A stretch of DNA of 64,000 bases, taken from the NCBI GenBank assembly GCA_951406725.2, contig OX597835.1:17298001-17362000 (forward strand). The letters are read 5' to 3'. Shown piece by piece: positions 31,728 to 44,659 of this stretch. Under the pieces are notes generated by a model that saw nothing but the letters and a program-made list of their open reading frames with translations, did not search any database and was not told the origin of the DNA. Origin of the DNA: Octopus vulgaris (Eukaryota). Position numbers and translations under genes: made by a program. Positions within the stretch are counted from its first letter, which is position 1; the number at the start of each line of letters is the position of its first letter.

Positions 31728-32444
31728 CATACGTACACAAATATTATCACATAGACACATACACACATATACATAAATTCATACACACGTACATACAAAA
31801 TACATGCATACATGCATACATACATACATACATACATATATACATACATACAAACATACATACATACATACATACATACATACATTGTTTTATGTGCTTT
31901 TATGTAGTTACTCTTTATAGATTTACAGTTTTAGCGAAGAAACTCCACCTTCGCAAATACCAAAATACCAATATCTTTTCTGAAAGAAAAAATAGAATAG
32001 AATTTTCAGTCTGTAAACAGAATCGAGTTATTTTCAGAACATGCCATTGTAATTCTTGACTTGGTATACAATTTCATTCAGAATATTTAAAATTTCTTCA
32101 CGAAATATGACGTCAGTTTATATTTGTGACAAAACAGCTAATCAAATAACGTTCTTTAGACATTAGCTGAAAGCAAACTTGCATAATTTGGTCTTGTAAT
32201 CGTTTGACAATAATTAAATATGAATGTACATACGTATTTACAGGGTATAATTACTAGTAAATTAATAAACATGGTTGAAACAACCTTAGATTAAAGTACC
32301 AATGTGTACAGCATGTAGGATATAATAACAATAGTAGAAAGCTGAGACGTTCTGGCGCAGCAGTTTTGGCGTTGCTTATCTGATATCGCTGGTTCGATAC
32401 TGGCTAATTATACATATATATTTATATTTATATAATAAATCCCT

Positions 32445-32799
32445 AAAGAGAAGAACAAACACCAAAAAATACAGCAACGCGAGGAAGTGGTACATGTAAA
32501 GTATTAACAGACCCTCAGGGAAGTAAAGAAAGATGGTTTAACGTTTCGAGCAACGCTTTTCTTCAGAAAAAAAAGTAAAGTCCAATAGAAAGGCAGACAG
32601 AGGAAGAAAATCGCCAACGATTCATATTTGGTTATATTACAGAAAAACAAAAGACGAAGACGTGTATAAACAACAAGCAAGTGTGTTAGTTTGACTCTCG
32701 AGAAAGTGAGAAAGCGTTTTTATGTTTCGAGCCTATGCTCTTCAACAGAGAGTAATAAGAGAAAATAAACAGAGAGAGAAAGAAAAACTTGTGGGTTTA

Positions 32800-32800
<1 letters not shown>
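32445..32800 (-). mobile_element. Two tandem Penelope-type terminal-repeat fragments, each with a hammerhead-like motif
   Basis: Minus strand ttttCTGAAGAaaagcgttgctcGAAACGTTaaa (32535-32570) and CTGTTGAagagcataggctcGAAACATAaaaa (32715-32750). The second is homologous to 37960-38145. Confidence 0.6.
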
Positions 32801-32857
<57 letters not shown>

Positions 32858-33015
32858 ATTGTATTTTATATTTCTATTTCCATGTCTAGTTATATTTGCA
32901 ATATATTATGTATAATGTCATTGCCGTTATGTAATGGTGTAATAAAGTATTGATTGGGTATTATCTGATGGTTGATGATTGATGGATTTAAGTATGTTTC
33001 TCCATTTTCTCATTT

Positions 33016-33049
<34 letters not shown>

Positions 33050-33050
<1 letters not shown>

Positions 33051-33350
33051 GAGCGTGATCGTTACCAACGTCGCTTCACTGGCACCTGTGCCAGTGGCAC
33101 GTGTAAAAATATTTGAGCGAGGTCGTTGCCAATACCGTCTGACTGGCGCCCGTGTCGGTGGCACGTAAAATGCACCCACTACACTCTCAGAGTGGTTGGC
33201 GTTAGGAAGGGCATCCAGCTGTAGAAACTCTGCCAGATCAAGATTGGAGCCTGGTGCAGCCATCTGGTTTGCCAGCCCTCAGTCAAAATCGTCCAACCCA
33301 TGCTATCATGGAAAGCAGACGTTAAACGATGATGATGATGATGATGATGA
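33050..33350 (+). mobile_element. Retroposon 3' end (RTE-related SINE/LINE tail) with (GAT)n tail
   Basis: ggtggcacgtaaaa..cacccactacactc...ggcgttaggaagggcatccagctgtagaaac...gacgttaaacgatgatgat; internal ~65-bp tandem duplication at the 5' side. The RTE link is from recall. Confidence 0.7.
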
Positions 33351-33352
33351 TA

Positions 33353-33392
<40 letters not shown>

Positions 33393-33394
33393 TT

Positions 33395-33445
33395 TTGTAC
33401 TTGTTTCAGTCATTCGACTGCGGCCATGCTGGAGCACCGCCTTTT
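33395..33445 (-). mobile_element. SINE family A, 3' terminal fragment
   Basis: tacttgtttcagtcattcgactgcggccatgctggagcaccgcc. Confidence 0.85.
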
Positions 33446-33588
33446 GAGTACAGCAGGGATCACCACCTCCTACCGGAGCCTCGTGGAGCTTTTAGGTGTT
33501 TTCGCTCAATAAACACACACAACGCCCGGTCTGGGAATCGAAACCGCGATCCTCCGACCGCAAGTCCGCTGCCCTAACCACTAGGCCA
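33446..33588 (-). mobile_element. SINE family C, 5' half
   Basis: Reverse complement of tggcctagtggttagggcagcggac...gtttcgattcccagaccggg...aaagctccacg. Confidence 0.9.
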
Positions 33589-34204
33589 TATATATATATA
33601 TCTGTAAGAGAGCTTGGTTCATACAAGAAACTACTAACTAATCAGCTGAAATTGAAAATACCGTAATTTTCTGTTGAAGAAGTTCTGTGTCAGCAATTCT
33701 TGATTTTGGCATGTGAAGTCGATATGGAATCTCACGGCAGAAATTGCTAAAGTTAATGGCGAGCTAAGATGAGAGCAAATGAAAGACATTTGATATGAAA
33801 AGAAGCATCAAAAGTGCTCTAGGTGTTTATCAGAAATGCCAAGTAAATATTCCTTGTCGTTCTGTCAGTCTGCCTGTCTGTCTGTCTGTCTGTCTGTCTG
33901 CCTCTCTCACATAAAGAGTAACGCACGGAAACAGAGTCACATGTAACGCATACAACAAATTGATGCAGTTATTTTCTTTCTTTAGCTCTCCCTCTCCCTC
34001 TCTCTCTGAGTGTCTGTCTCTGTCTCACACACACACGCATACGCATGCGTAGATGAACATTAGAGTTGTATGTGGATGTATAATGATTGTGTCTGTGTGT
34101 TTCACTAAATATTAATATATATGCATACACGTAAATGTCGAAAAATGAGAAAAATGAGTGATAAACGTCGCATTGGTGGACAAAATTCATTCATTTCCAT
34201 TCTT

Positions 34205-34355
34205 CTATTCTTTCTTTCATTTGTTTCAGCCATTTGACTGCGGCCATGCTGGAGCACAGCCTTCTAATCGAAGAAATCGACCGCAAGACTTATTCTTTGT
34301 AAGCCTGGTAATTCCATCGTTCTCTTAGGCCGAATTGCAATGTTACGGGGACGTA

Positions 34356-34360
<5 letters not shown>
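34205..34360 (-). mobile_element. SINE family A, 3' half
   Basis: ttgtttcagccatttgactgcggccatgctggagcac...gttacggggacgtagacac. Confidence 0.88.
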
Positions 34361-34418
<58 letters not shown>

Positions 34419-34610
34419 ACATGAATTATCGTTAATTATAATTATAATTATAAATTTTATTCTCTGGGTATTTAACGCTATTATTACTTGCTATCTCGTA
34501 TATTGTTTGTTATTATTACCAATTATTAGAATTTACCGCTGATAAGAATAACAATAAATATATCTATATAAATATTCGTCTGAAAATTTACTCGTTATAC
34601 ATACATACGT

Positions 34611-34800
34611 GGAGGTATATGGCCTAGTGGTTACAGCAGAGGACTCCCGGTTGAATGATCGCGGGTTCGAATCTCAGACCGGGCGATGTGTGTGTTTATG
34701 ATCGAAACCCCTAAGTTCCACGCGGCTCCGGCAGAAGGTAATGGCGAACTACAGCTGACTCTTTCGCCACAACTTTCTCTCACTCTGTCCTCCTGCATTT
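34611..34800 (+). mobile_element. SINE family C, 5' part
   Basis: tggcctagtggtta (A box), gggttcgaatc (B box), actctttcgccacaactttctctcactct shared with the 13244 copy. Confidence 0.88.
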
Positions 34801-34850
34801 ATGTGTTTAAATGTACACGGTATACATATATATACGCACTCACTAAATGA

Positions 34851-35345
34851 ATTGAAGGCATGACTAATCTCGATTATTGGGGCCGTCTTAAAGCCTTGAA
34901 ACTCTACTCTTTCCAGCGCAGCCGCGAGCGGTACATCATTTGTACGATGTGGAGAATATACTGCCAGTAATGCAGAAACGACCTGAACATTAGTTTCAAG
35001 GTTCATCCAAGGCTGGGACCACGGGTCATACTCGCCATGCCCAATTCAAGATCACAGCATATAGGTATACTGTGACGTAATATATTTTTCTCAACAAGCC
35101 CTGCTCTCTTTAACATGATCTCGAAAGAGATCAAAGAGGAAAAGAATCCCATCACCTTTAAAAGGAGTCTGGACAGATTTCTTCAAGGAATACCGGATAA
35201 GCCACCCATACCTCAATTAACAATTCACACTACTTGAATGGACCATAAGCAAAATTTGACTTAAACAGGATTTAGATAATCCTATTAGGTAGTGCTATTA
35301 AGTTAGGCATAGCCTGGACTAATATTTGGTCGAAACGTTTCAAAA
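34851..35345 (+). mobile_element. 5'-truncated CR1-group LINE, ORF2 C-terminus and 3' UTR
   Basis: One frame reads IEGMTNLDYWGRLKALKLYSFQRSRERYIICTMWRI..*..HPRLGPR..*..SPALFNMISKEIKE..TFKRSLDRFLQGIPDKP, the typical CR1-group post-RT region, with two in-frame stops. Confidence 0.85.
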
Positions 35346-35347
35346 TG

Positions 35348-35434
<87 letters not shown>

Positions 35435-35747
35435 ATATATATATATATATACACATATTTTTGCATTCATACATATATGAGTATTTAGAAATTTATATGT
35501 GTGTGTGTATAGAAATATATACACACACATATATATATGAGCACTTTATATGTGTATATAGATAGCGTGTGTATTTGCATAACTAAATACATAATAACAC
35601 AAACTCACACACATATGTGTGTGTAGAACATATATGTTCAAAACACACTATATGTGTGTTTAGAACATGTATTTGACTACGTTATGCGAGTGTATTCACA
35701 TGTGCGTGAGGTTTCACTTTTAAAAATACACAAAAACGTAGAAGTGC

Positions 35748-35795
<48 letters not shown>

Positions 35796-35911
35796 CAACA
35801 ATTGAGGGTAAAATTAATTAATTATTAATCAATTTCACCAAGTGTTCAGTATGCAAAGGGACCATTTAAGGCGAATTCAAATTATTACATTATATAAAAG
35901 GGCTTAGTAAA

Positions 35912-36153
35912 ATAAATTATTGCCGTATACTGAACTCATTAGAAATACAGCTAAAAACTTTTTAAAGCTATTTCTATATGTAAAGCAAAAATATGTCTAT
36001 ATATATGTTTGTTAATTTAACTCACAAAATTTTTGATGAGTTAAATTAAGCAAACGCTATATATGAGAGAGATTTTTTTAGTATTAGAAATAGCTTTTGA
36101 AAAGTTTTTTAGCTGCTATTTCTAATGAGTTCAGTATGCGGCGAAGTAATTAT
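35912..36153. repeat. Long imperfect inverted repeat (fold-back)
   Basis: gccgtatactgaactcattagaaata / tatttctaatgagttcagtatgcggc; inner ttaatttaactca (36012-36024) / tgagttaaattaa (36037-36049). Confidence 0.92.
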
Positions 36154-36680
36154 AATATATATATATATATATATAAATATATATATATATATGTATATAT
36201 ACATGTATGTGTGTGTATATATATGTATTCATATACATCAATGTATCTATATATATATATACATACACATATATACATGCATATATTTATATATGTATGT
36301 ATATATGTTTGTAAGAGTGTATGCATGCGTGCGTGTGTGTATGTGTGCGTCTTTTGTGTATGTTTGCGTAGAAGAGAGAGGCTTCCTATACATGGTTACA
36401 AACACCGATATCTGTCTACTTTTCCAAACACTGCCACAGACAAGTGGTTATACGCATGGTTCTCTGAACTGTGTAAGAATATGTTTATCTATTTATCCTG
36501 AAGTCTATCTATGTGTAATCATACACACATATATGACAGTATATCAGAGCTTAGTATCTTTTCATGACAGTTTTACGACAATTAATGAGAAAAATCAAAA
36601 GCGATGATATAAATTCTATCAAAGTCTCTTATCTCTGTATACATGAGCGTAGACTGACATGTGTAAATGTATTTGTATAT

Positions 36681-36803
<123 letters not shown>

Positions 36804-36842
36804 ATGTATATTAGTTGTGTTCTTTACTGTTCTGCATGTGCG

Positions 36843-36922
<80 letters not shown>

Positions 36923-36976
36923 TATATGTATGTATATATAAATATATAACTATATACGTATATATATATATATATG

Positions 36977-37014
<38 letters not shown>

Positions 37015-37334
37015 TATATGTGAATATATATATATATGTGTGTATATATATATATAAATATATATATGTATGTGTATATATATATATAAATATATATGTA
37101 TATATATATATATATATATTCACATAGGCATGCGCAAGTACCATATATAAATATATCGAGTTTAATTGTAACGTACCAGATGTTGCCTCGACAGAACTTC
37201 AACGAGGTGTCTTATACAATGTCGGCTTTTCATGAGAGCAATATGAAGGTTTGAAAGCCATTCACTGGAGCTCCGTACAGATGTCTGTAAGAATCTTCGT
37301 TAAAGGTTAGCATATAGGCGCAGGAGTGGCTATA

Positions 37335-37754
37335 GGCGCAGGAGTGGCTGTGTGGTAAGTAGCTTGCTAACCAACCACATGGTTCCGGGTTCAGTCCCAC
37401 TGCGTGGCATCTTGGGCAAGTGTCTTCTGCTATATCCCCGGGCCGACCAATGCCTTGTGAGTGGATTTGGTAGACGGAAACTGAAAGAAGCCTGTCGTAT
37501 ATATGTATATATATATATGTGTATGTGTGTGTGTGTTTGTGCGTCTGTGTTTGTCCCCCTAGCATTGCTTGACAACCGATGCTAGTGTGTTTACGTCCCC
37601 GTTACTTAGCGGTTCGGCAAAATAGACCGATAGAATAAGTACTGGGCTTACAAAGAATAAGTCCCAGGGTCGATTTGGTCGACTAAAGGCGGTGCTCCAG
37701 CATGGCCGCAGACAAATGACTGAAACAAGTAAAAGAGTAAAAGAGTAAAGAGTA
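37335..37754 (+). mobile_element. SINE family A, full length (reference copy)
   Basis: tggctgtgtggta (A box), gggttcagtccc (B box), CORE-like cttgggcaagtgtctt, internal microsatellite, (aaaagagt)n tail; 18-bp head duplication at 37313-37330. Confidence 0.95.
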
Positions 37755-37959
37755 TACATATCACTGTATAAGCAGCAGTTCGTGTTGAAGTGGTTATAGG
37801 AATGTTAAAAGGACGGAAAAGATGGTGTATAAGTTCACAGAGTGTCTACGGTACAAAGGCACACCGTTGTGTCCGTACAGTGAGGTATAAGGCTATTACA
37901 CGTATACACGCTTGTATATATATATCATTTATTATTATATCAATTTCATTTAACGTTTT

Positions 37960-38145
37960 TCCATTCATCTCACCACGTTAGACCGCTGAATTCTTCTCTC
38001 TCCGTTTTTTTTTTATTCTCTCTCCATTTGTTCCCCCTTTATTCCTTTCTGTCGATGGGCGTAGGTTCGAAACGTAAAAGACTTTTCCATTTTTCCCGAG
38101 CCTGAAACTAATACACCTGTTTACTGTTGCTACACCTGTCGTCGT
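37960..38145 (+). mobile_element. Penelope-type terminal-repeat fragment with a variant hammerhead motif
   Basis: cttt-CTGTCGA-t-gggc gtag gttc-GAAAC-GTA-aaag at 38045-38080; flanks homologous to the reverse complement of 32640-32790. Confidence 0.6.
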
Positions 38146-38146
38146 C

Positions 38147-38207
<61 letters not shown>

Positions 38208-38308
38208 GGGAGAGAGAGAGAGAGAGAGAGTTTAAAATGCTGTACAGATATTGAATATTGAGAAAAAGTCGGCTGTCAGAATTTGGGATAATTCTTTTTT
38301 TTACCTAC

Positions 38309-38358
<50 letters not shown>

Positions 38359-39075
38359 CTTCCTCTCACCCCTCCCTCTCTCCGGATGTATACATATACA
38401 TATATATATATAAAATTAAAACGTACACAAACGTATACATATATGTGTATATATGTGTGTATATGTGTGTATGTACGAGTGTAAGTGTGTAAATATATTT
38501 GTCAATGTGTAAGTATTTAAATATTTATTTGTTGGTATCCATTTAATGACTGACATTGTTAATGGTTACTCCCTAACAAATACAGCAGCCCCTGTGCAAC
38601 AGTTTAGATTCAGCTATTCACGACCAGTGAGATATTAAACACGCCTTACTCGATGGATTGTTCCTTATTTTTCTTAACAAGGTACAATGCACTGTGCAGC
38701 AGAGACGACATGTGATAAATAATGTCGAAGCCACCCGATTAAATCGTGGCATTGTGTTCGTGAATTAGGCCTTCACTACAAGGAACAAGGAACTTAGAAT
38801 TTACTCTGCCACGATTTTATTCAGAGAATATGATAGTTTATTATTCAGGTTTTATTTTTAATTGTTTTGTAATAGGTCGGCTGTTGTTGAGTTGAGGATA
38901 TAATTTATTTATAACATTATTGTTTTGTTAGCTCTGATTTTCTATAGATGTAAAACTCAGAAGTGCTTTGTGACTAATTAATTACATATATATACATTTA
39001 CGCACTCCATAAAATTTATACATGTATACACTTTTTTCATTATTATCTGAATGGTGTTTATATATAGATATATGC

Positions 39076-39110
39076 TATTCTGACGAAAAGCAATGCCCGA
39101 AACGTTACAC
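39076..39110 (+). ncRNA. Decayed minimal hammerhead-like motif
   Basis: CTGACGA-aaagcaatgccc-GAAAC-GTT; stems I and II only partly paired. Confidence 0.35.
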
Positions 39111-39219
39111 CCATTTTTTTGCATCATAAAACTTCTCTAAGCGTCAATTTAATGCATTGACTGTGTACGTCATTTTGACTTTAGTTGCCTTTCCAGATTT
39201 TTGTTTTCATCATTCATTT

Positions 39220-39271
<52 letters not shown>

Positions 39272-40065
39272 GCATTATATTCACTAAATATGTGTGTGTT
39301 TATATATATGTTCGTAAACGTGTATTTACAGACAAGTATTTTACGGGAAGTACAGGCATTAACAACACGCTCACAAACGTCTGTATATATGTAGAAGCAC
39401 ACATGCGTAAGCATACGTGTATAAACTTACGTAATTTGACAGATTTGAACCCGAAGTGAATGATTCAGAGTCTAAAGGTGCCAACCATTAGATTAATGTT
39501 CTACACAATTCCTTGCCAATCATTATAACACACTTTCATGTTTTCGCACGATCAGCCATAAACCTTACATACGCTAAGTGTATATACCTGCGCGTGCATG
39601 CTAACGTATGTGATTATGTATACACACACAAATATATATATATATATATATATATACATACCTACATGTATATATATATATATGCATGTATATATGCTTG
39701 TAGTTATGGATGTATAGATTTATATACAGGTATTTTATATGCGTATACATATAAAATATATATAATATACATATATAAATGTATAATATATATAATATGC
39801 ATACATAAATATATAATATATGTATATATACCTATTGATATGCGGATATTTTTACCATATACATAAATTACATATACATTTATGCATATAAATATATATA
39901 CGTATACATATATATTTATACAAGCATAATATATATATGCATATATACATGCATATATATATGTATATATATATATATAGATTAATAGATTATATGTATA
40001 TATGTATACACACACACGTATACATATAGCCAGATTTAGACATATATATGTATATGCATATATAT

Positions 40066-40115
<50 letters not shown>

Positions 40116-40366
40116 ATGTATATACATTAAGTGAGAATTGGAGCGATGGAAATGAAGGGTGAAAAACTCATATATCGTAATATTAGAAACGGATGTTCAG
40201 TGAAATATGAAAACTGAAAGCTTCTGATTATGATTTGGGGTGGAGTTGAGGAAGGTATTGTGAGCGATGTAAAGGATTTCAAAGTATATATCTAATTTAT
40301 TCTGCAATATTTACAGCGAATGGGAGCATAATTCAGCAATTTAAGGTGTAGGAAAGCCCATTAGAG

Positions 40367-40430
<64 letters not shown>

Positions 40431-40965
40431 GTAAAAAAAGAGAAAAAAAAGAAACAACTTCCTGTTCCTGGGGGTTAATTGCTCTGGACTGGATATCTGA
40501 ACTCTTTTGTTCTGCTTCCACCATCTTAACTTCCGGTCGCCCTTTCAAACACATTACTGAATGTTATCATTCGCACCTTTTATCTATGTTTCGCATTCAG
40601 ACTTACACTCCCCTGTGCCTTCACTCTCTTTCGCTATCTATAACGTTTTGTGTCTTTTTCGATCTCTCTGACTTACTCTCTCATTCAATCTATTATTCCA
40701 CCTGCTGTTGCTGCCACTGTAACGATCGAGAATGTTTTTGCTATTATTGTTGTTGCTGGTTAGATTTGTCTCTCCTTTTTTTTTTATATATATGTATATA
40801 CATTGTTTGTATTATTTATAGTTTGACAATCGATATTCATCTTTATTTCCTTTGATTTCATACAGGCTAATTTCATACGATGTCATGATTCATGTATATA
40901 TGTATGTAAGCATGTATAGATATATATACATATGTGTATATATATACATATATATATATACATAT

Positions 40966-41018
<53 letters not shown>

Positions 41019-41100
41019 TACATATATATAGAGAGTGAGAGAGAAGAGAGAGAGAGAGAGACATACCTGACAATATGTTGTGTGCATGTATACCTACATA

Positions 41101-41165
<65 letters not shown>

Positions 41166-41280
41166 ATATATATGTATATATATATATGTGTGTGTATATA
41201 TATATATGTATATATATATATATGTGTGTATATATATATATATACATATGTAGATGTACATATACGTATATGAACGTGTA

Positions 41281-41326
<46 letters not shown>

Positions 41327-41345
41327 TACGTATATACATACATAT

Positions 41346-41376
<31 letters not shown>

Positions 41377-41527
41377 AATACACATGCATATGCATACGTA
41401 TCGCACCACGCCTGTAAGCTGCAGCAGTATTTTATTCCTAAACTTATTTATTAAGGATTTTATATTCATATTTCCATTATTGGTCGTTTATGTTTTGTTC
41501 AGAACGATAAATAGTGAATTTGTGATG

Positions 41528-41570
41528 CACAGAGACGTTTCAAGACCTTCCGTTTCTTATCGTCAGTATA
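41528..41570 (-). ncRNA. Minimal hammerhead-like motif
   Basis: Minus strand tata-CTGACGA-t-aaga aacggaagg tctt-GAAAC-GTC-tctg; stem I imperfect. Confidence 0.45.
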
Positions 41571-42034
41571 AAATGATTTTTATTTTCATTACTTTTTTTC
41601 TTGCGGAGGCGGTCGTTATTGCTGTCTTTTATTGTAGCATAGAAGTATGAGAACATGTTCATCATTGGTTCATACTATTATTATTTTGCCTTTTTTCAAT
41701 ATAATATGCATGAGTTACACATAGAGAAACTTCAATAGCAACTATGTATGTATGAATATATATATATTTATGAATGTATGAAGATATATATGAATATATA
41801 CATATATTCATATGCATGGATATATATATATATGGATAGATCAATAGATATGGATATCTAAACTTACATGGGCTGAAGTATGCGCACACAGGCGTGCATA
41901 CGTAATATGTATAAGTCCCTTATCTTCACATGCGCTCTCTGTAATTGCCAAAACAAGGAATGTTGAGTGGAGAGTATAAATATATATGTATGTATATACG
42001 TTTGTACATTACATACCTACATACTTACACACAA

Positions 42035-42072
<38 letters not shown>

Positions 42073-42385
42073 AGGGTAAATTATCTCAGATACTTTCACC
42101 AAGCTGTTTTATTCTCACAGCTTGTCGTGTATTCGGATTTATTCTAATATATAAATACATAAGCACATATGAATGTGTTACATTCACAAAATATGTAGGT
42201 ACATACATATCTACATACATACATATATACATATCTATACATATGTGTATGTATATATATATATATATATATATATTTATTTTTATTCATTCACGATTTG
42301 TTTATATATAATAAATGAGTGATAAATTAGATCGCATATATATGTATGTATATATACATACATATGTGTATGTATATATATGTAC

Positions 42386-42433
<48 letters not shown>

Positions 42434-43119
42434 TACTGTGCATATATTTGAACATATATCTATCTGTAATACCTACAGGATTTTTTTTAATTCCCACGAT
42501 TTAATTAATTAATTAATTTCCATCATTTGCTACACATTCTCATCTGTAATTTTCCAATTAAGGGAAGAAACCCCAAAACAAATGAAATCTACGCAAACGT
42601 TAAATAAATAAAAAAAATAAGTTAAACCACAAAATAACAAGGCATCATCATCGCTTTGTTGCTTATTGGTACTCGGAGATTGCAATTAGAAAATAGTTTT
42701 AAAATACTCTATGCGATAAGGTAAGTAAACTAACAATAGAAAAATCTATTATTTAATTTCAGATGAAATTAGCAAGACAATGAATTAATGAATCTACATG
42801 AAGTCTTTCATCGATCGCGATTGGAATTCATCGCATTTACCGCCATTTTGTTTAAATTTATTTAAATGTTTTGTTTCAAAAAATCTTCATTGTTGTTTAA
42901 CCCTGCTGAAGCCTGATCGAGCCTACCTTATAATCAAATTCATTCCATATTCTTTTATAGCCTGGACACTGCACACCGACATCTACAGAGCGTTCATGCA
43001 TTATCTTTACACATTTCACATTTTGTTGTAATTGTATTGTGAAGATGAAGCCGTGTCCAATCGATGGAGTCTACGCAGAAGACGTCTGGTGTTTGTAATA
43101 AAACTGTATTTGTTTTGCT

Positions 43120-43330
43120 TTTATCTTTTAATTGTTTAATTTATTTGACTGCGGCCATGCTTTCGCAATGCCTTGAAGGGTTTTAGTAGAACAAATCGAC
43201 ACTTTTAAAAGCATAGTACTTAATCTAACGGTCTGTTTTTTTCGAACCGCTAGGCTATAGAAGCGCACAGACACCAAAATCGGTTGGCAAGCGATGGCGG
43301 GAGACAAACATAGATGCAGAAACACACACA
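43120..43330 (-). mobile_element. SINE family A, 3' half (diverged)
   Basis: atttgactgcggccatgct...acaaatcgac...cgaaccgcta...cggttggcaagcgatgg. Confidence 0.8.
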
Positions 43331-43581
43331 CACACACAAAAGCATACAAACATATGCACCCACACACACATGCACGCGACAATTCTCTCTCACACGGACA
43401 AGGACATATATATTGGATGAAACTCCGAGTGGCAACGGACTGAAACATGCACTGGATACTCCAAATGTAGAAACTCTACATCATACGTTTAGCATTATTT
43501 TATGTAACGAAAGAAAGCCGTCTTCATACATGCCCACATGCAGATGCACGCGCGCGCGCACACACTCACACATGCACACAA

Positions 43582-43812
43582 GGCGGCGAGCTGGCAGAAA
43601 CGTTAGCACGCCGGGCGAAATGCGTAGCCGTATTTCGTCTGCCGTTACGTTCTGAGTTCAAATTCCGCCGAGGTCGACTTTGCCTTTCATCCTTTCGGGG
43701 TCGATAAATTAAGTACCAGTTACGCACTGGGGTCGATGTAATCGACTTAATCCGTTTGTCTGTCCTTGTTTATCCCCTCTGTGTTTAGCCCCTTGTGGGT
43801 AGTAAAGAAATA
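43582..43812 (+). mobile_element. SINE family B, full length
   Basis: Closely similar to 23729-23960; A and B boxes intact. Confidence 0.95.
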
Positions 43813-44164
43813 TATATGTTTGTGTGTGATTGGATGGTAACTGACCGAATTTATTTCATCTGATATATAGAGGACAGAGAGGCCCTTATTGTAGGGGTTA
43901 TGGCACTAAAGCTATAACGGTACCACCACTACCACTACCAGCCGTTCAAGATTTTGGACCTGGAGATCTTCATTTCCAACAACTTCGAGGGCCACCTCCC
44001 AGTGGTGTCGGGCGTCAACAAAGAGCCCTCGACTACAAGAAGACGACCAAAGTTTTTTTCTTTCTAAGGTCTGGGGTCTCCCGCCCCTAAGCCCTAGGCT
44101 ATCACCTAATCACCCTTACCCGTCTTGTTGCTTAACAACAACAACCACCACCACCACCACCACC

Positions 44165-44196
<32 letters not shown>

Positions 44197-44659
44197 CAAT
44201 AGCAACAACAACAACACCACCACCACCACCACAATCACCCACTATCACTACCACCACGAAAAACAAACAACAAAAGCAACAGCAACAACAACAATAACAA
44301 CACGAGCTTTAAAAATGCATGTATAACCGCGTGATTGCCGTCTCAACAAGATGGCGTTCTAAACAGATATAATTCATAATGGAGGTTATTCACCTCAGAT
44401 GTTTTAATATGTCTTCTTTCTGTGTTTCGTTGAAAGACTTTCCATGTGTACGTACGTGTGTTTGGATAAACATACCTGTCAATTTGTTTATACGTGCACA
44501 CGGCTCGCAGTATGTTGTGTAAGAAATGAGACAGGTGGGACTGTCCATGCGTTTTCGTTAATGTTATTCGTTATGTAAAAGAGACCATTTTTTTTTATTT
44601 TCTGGAAAGAAATCAAACATGATAAACTAGGCACCCTGTGGGTTTCAATTTTAGTTTTG

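Noticed and set aside
43880-44140. Possible LINE 3' end before the (CAA/CAC)n tract
   Set aside because: The tail pattern is suggestive but no diagnostic protein motif could be read.
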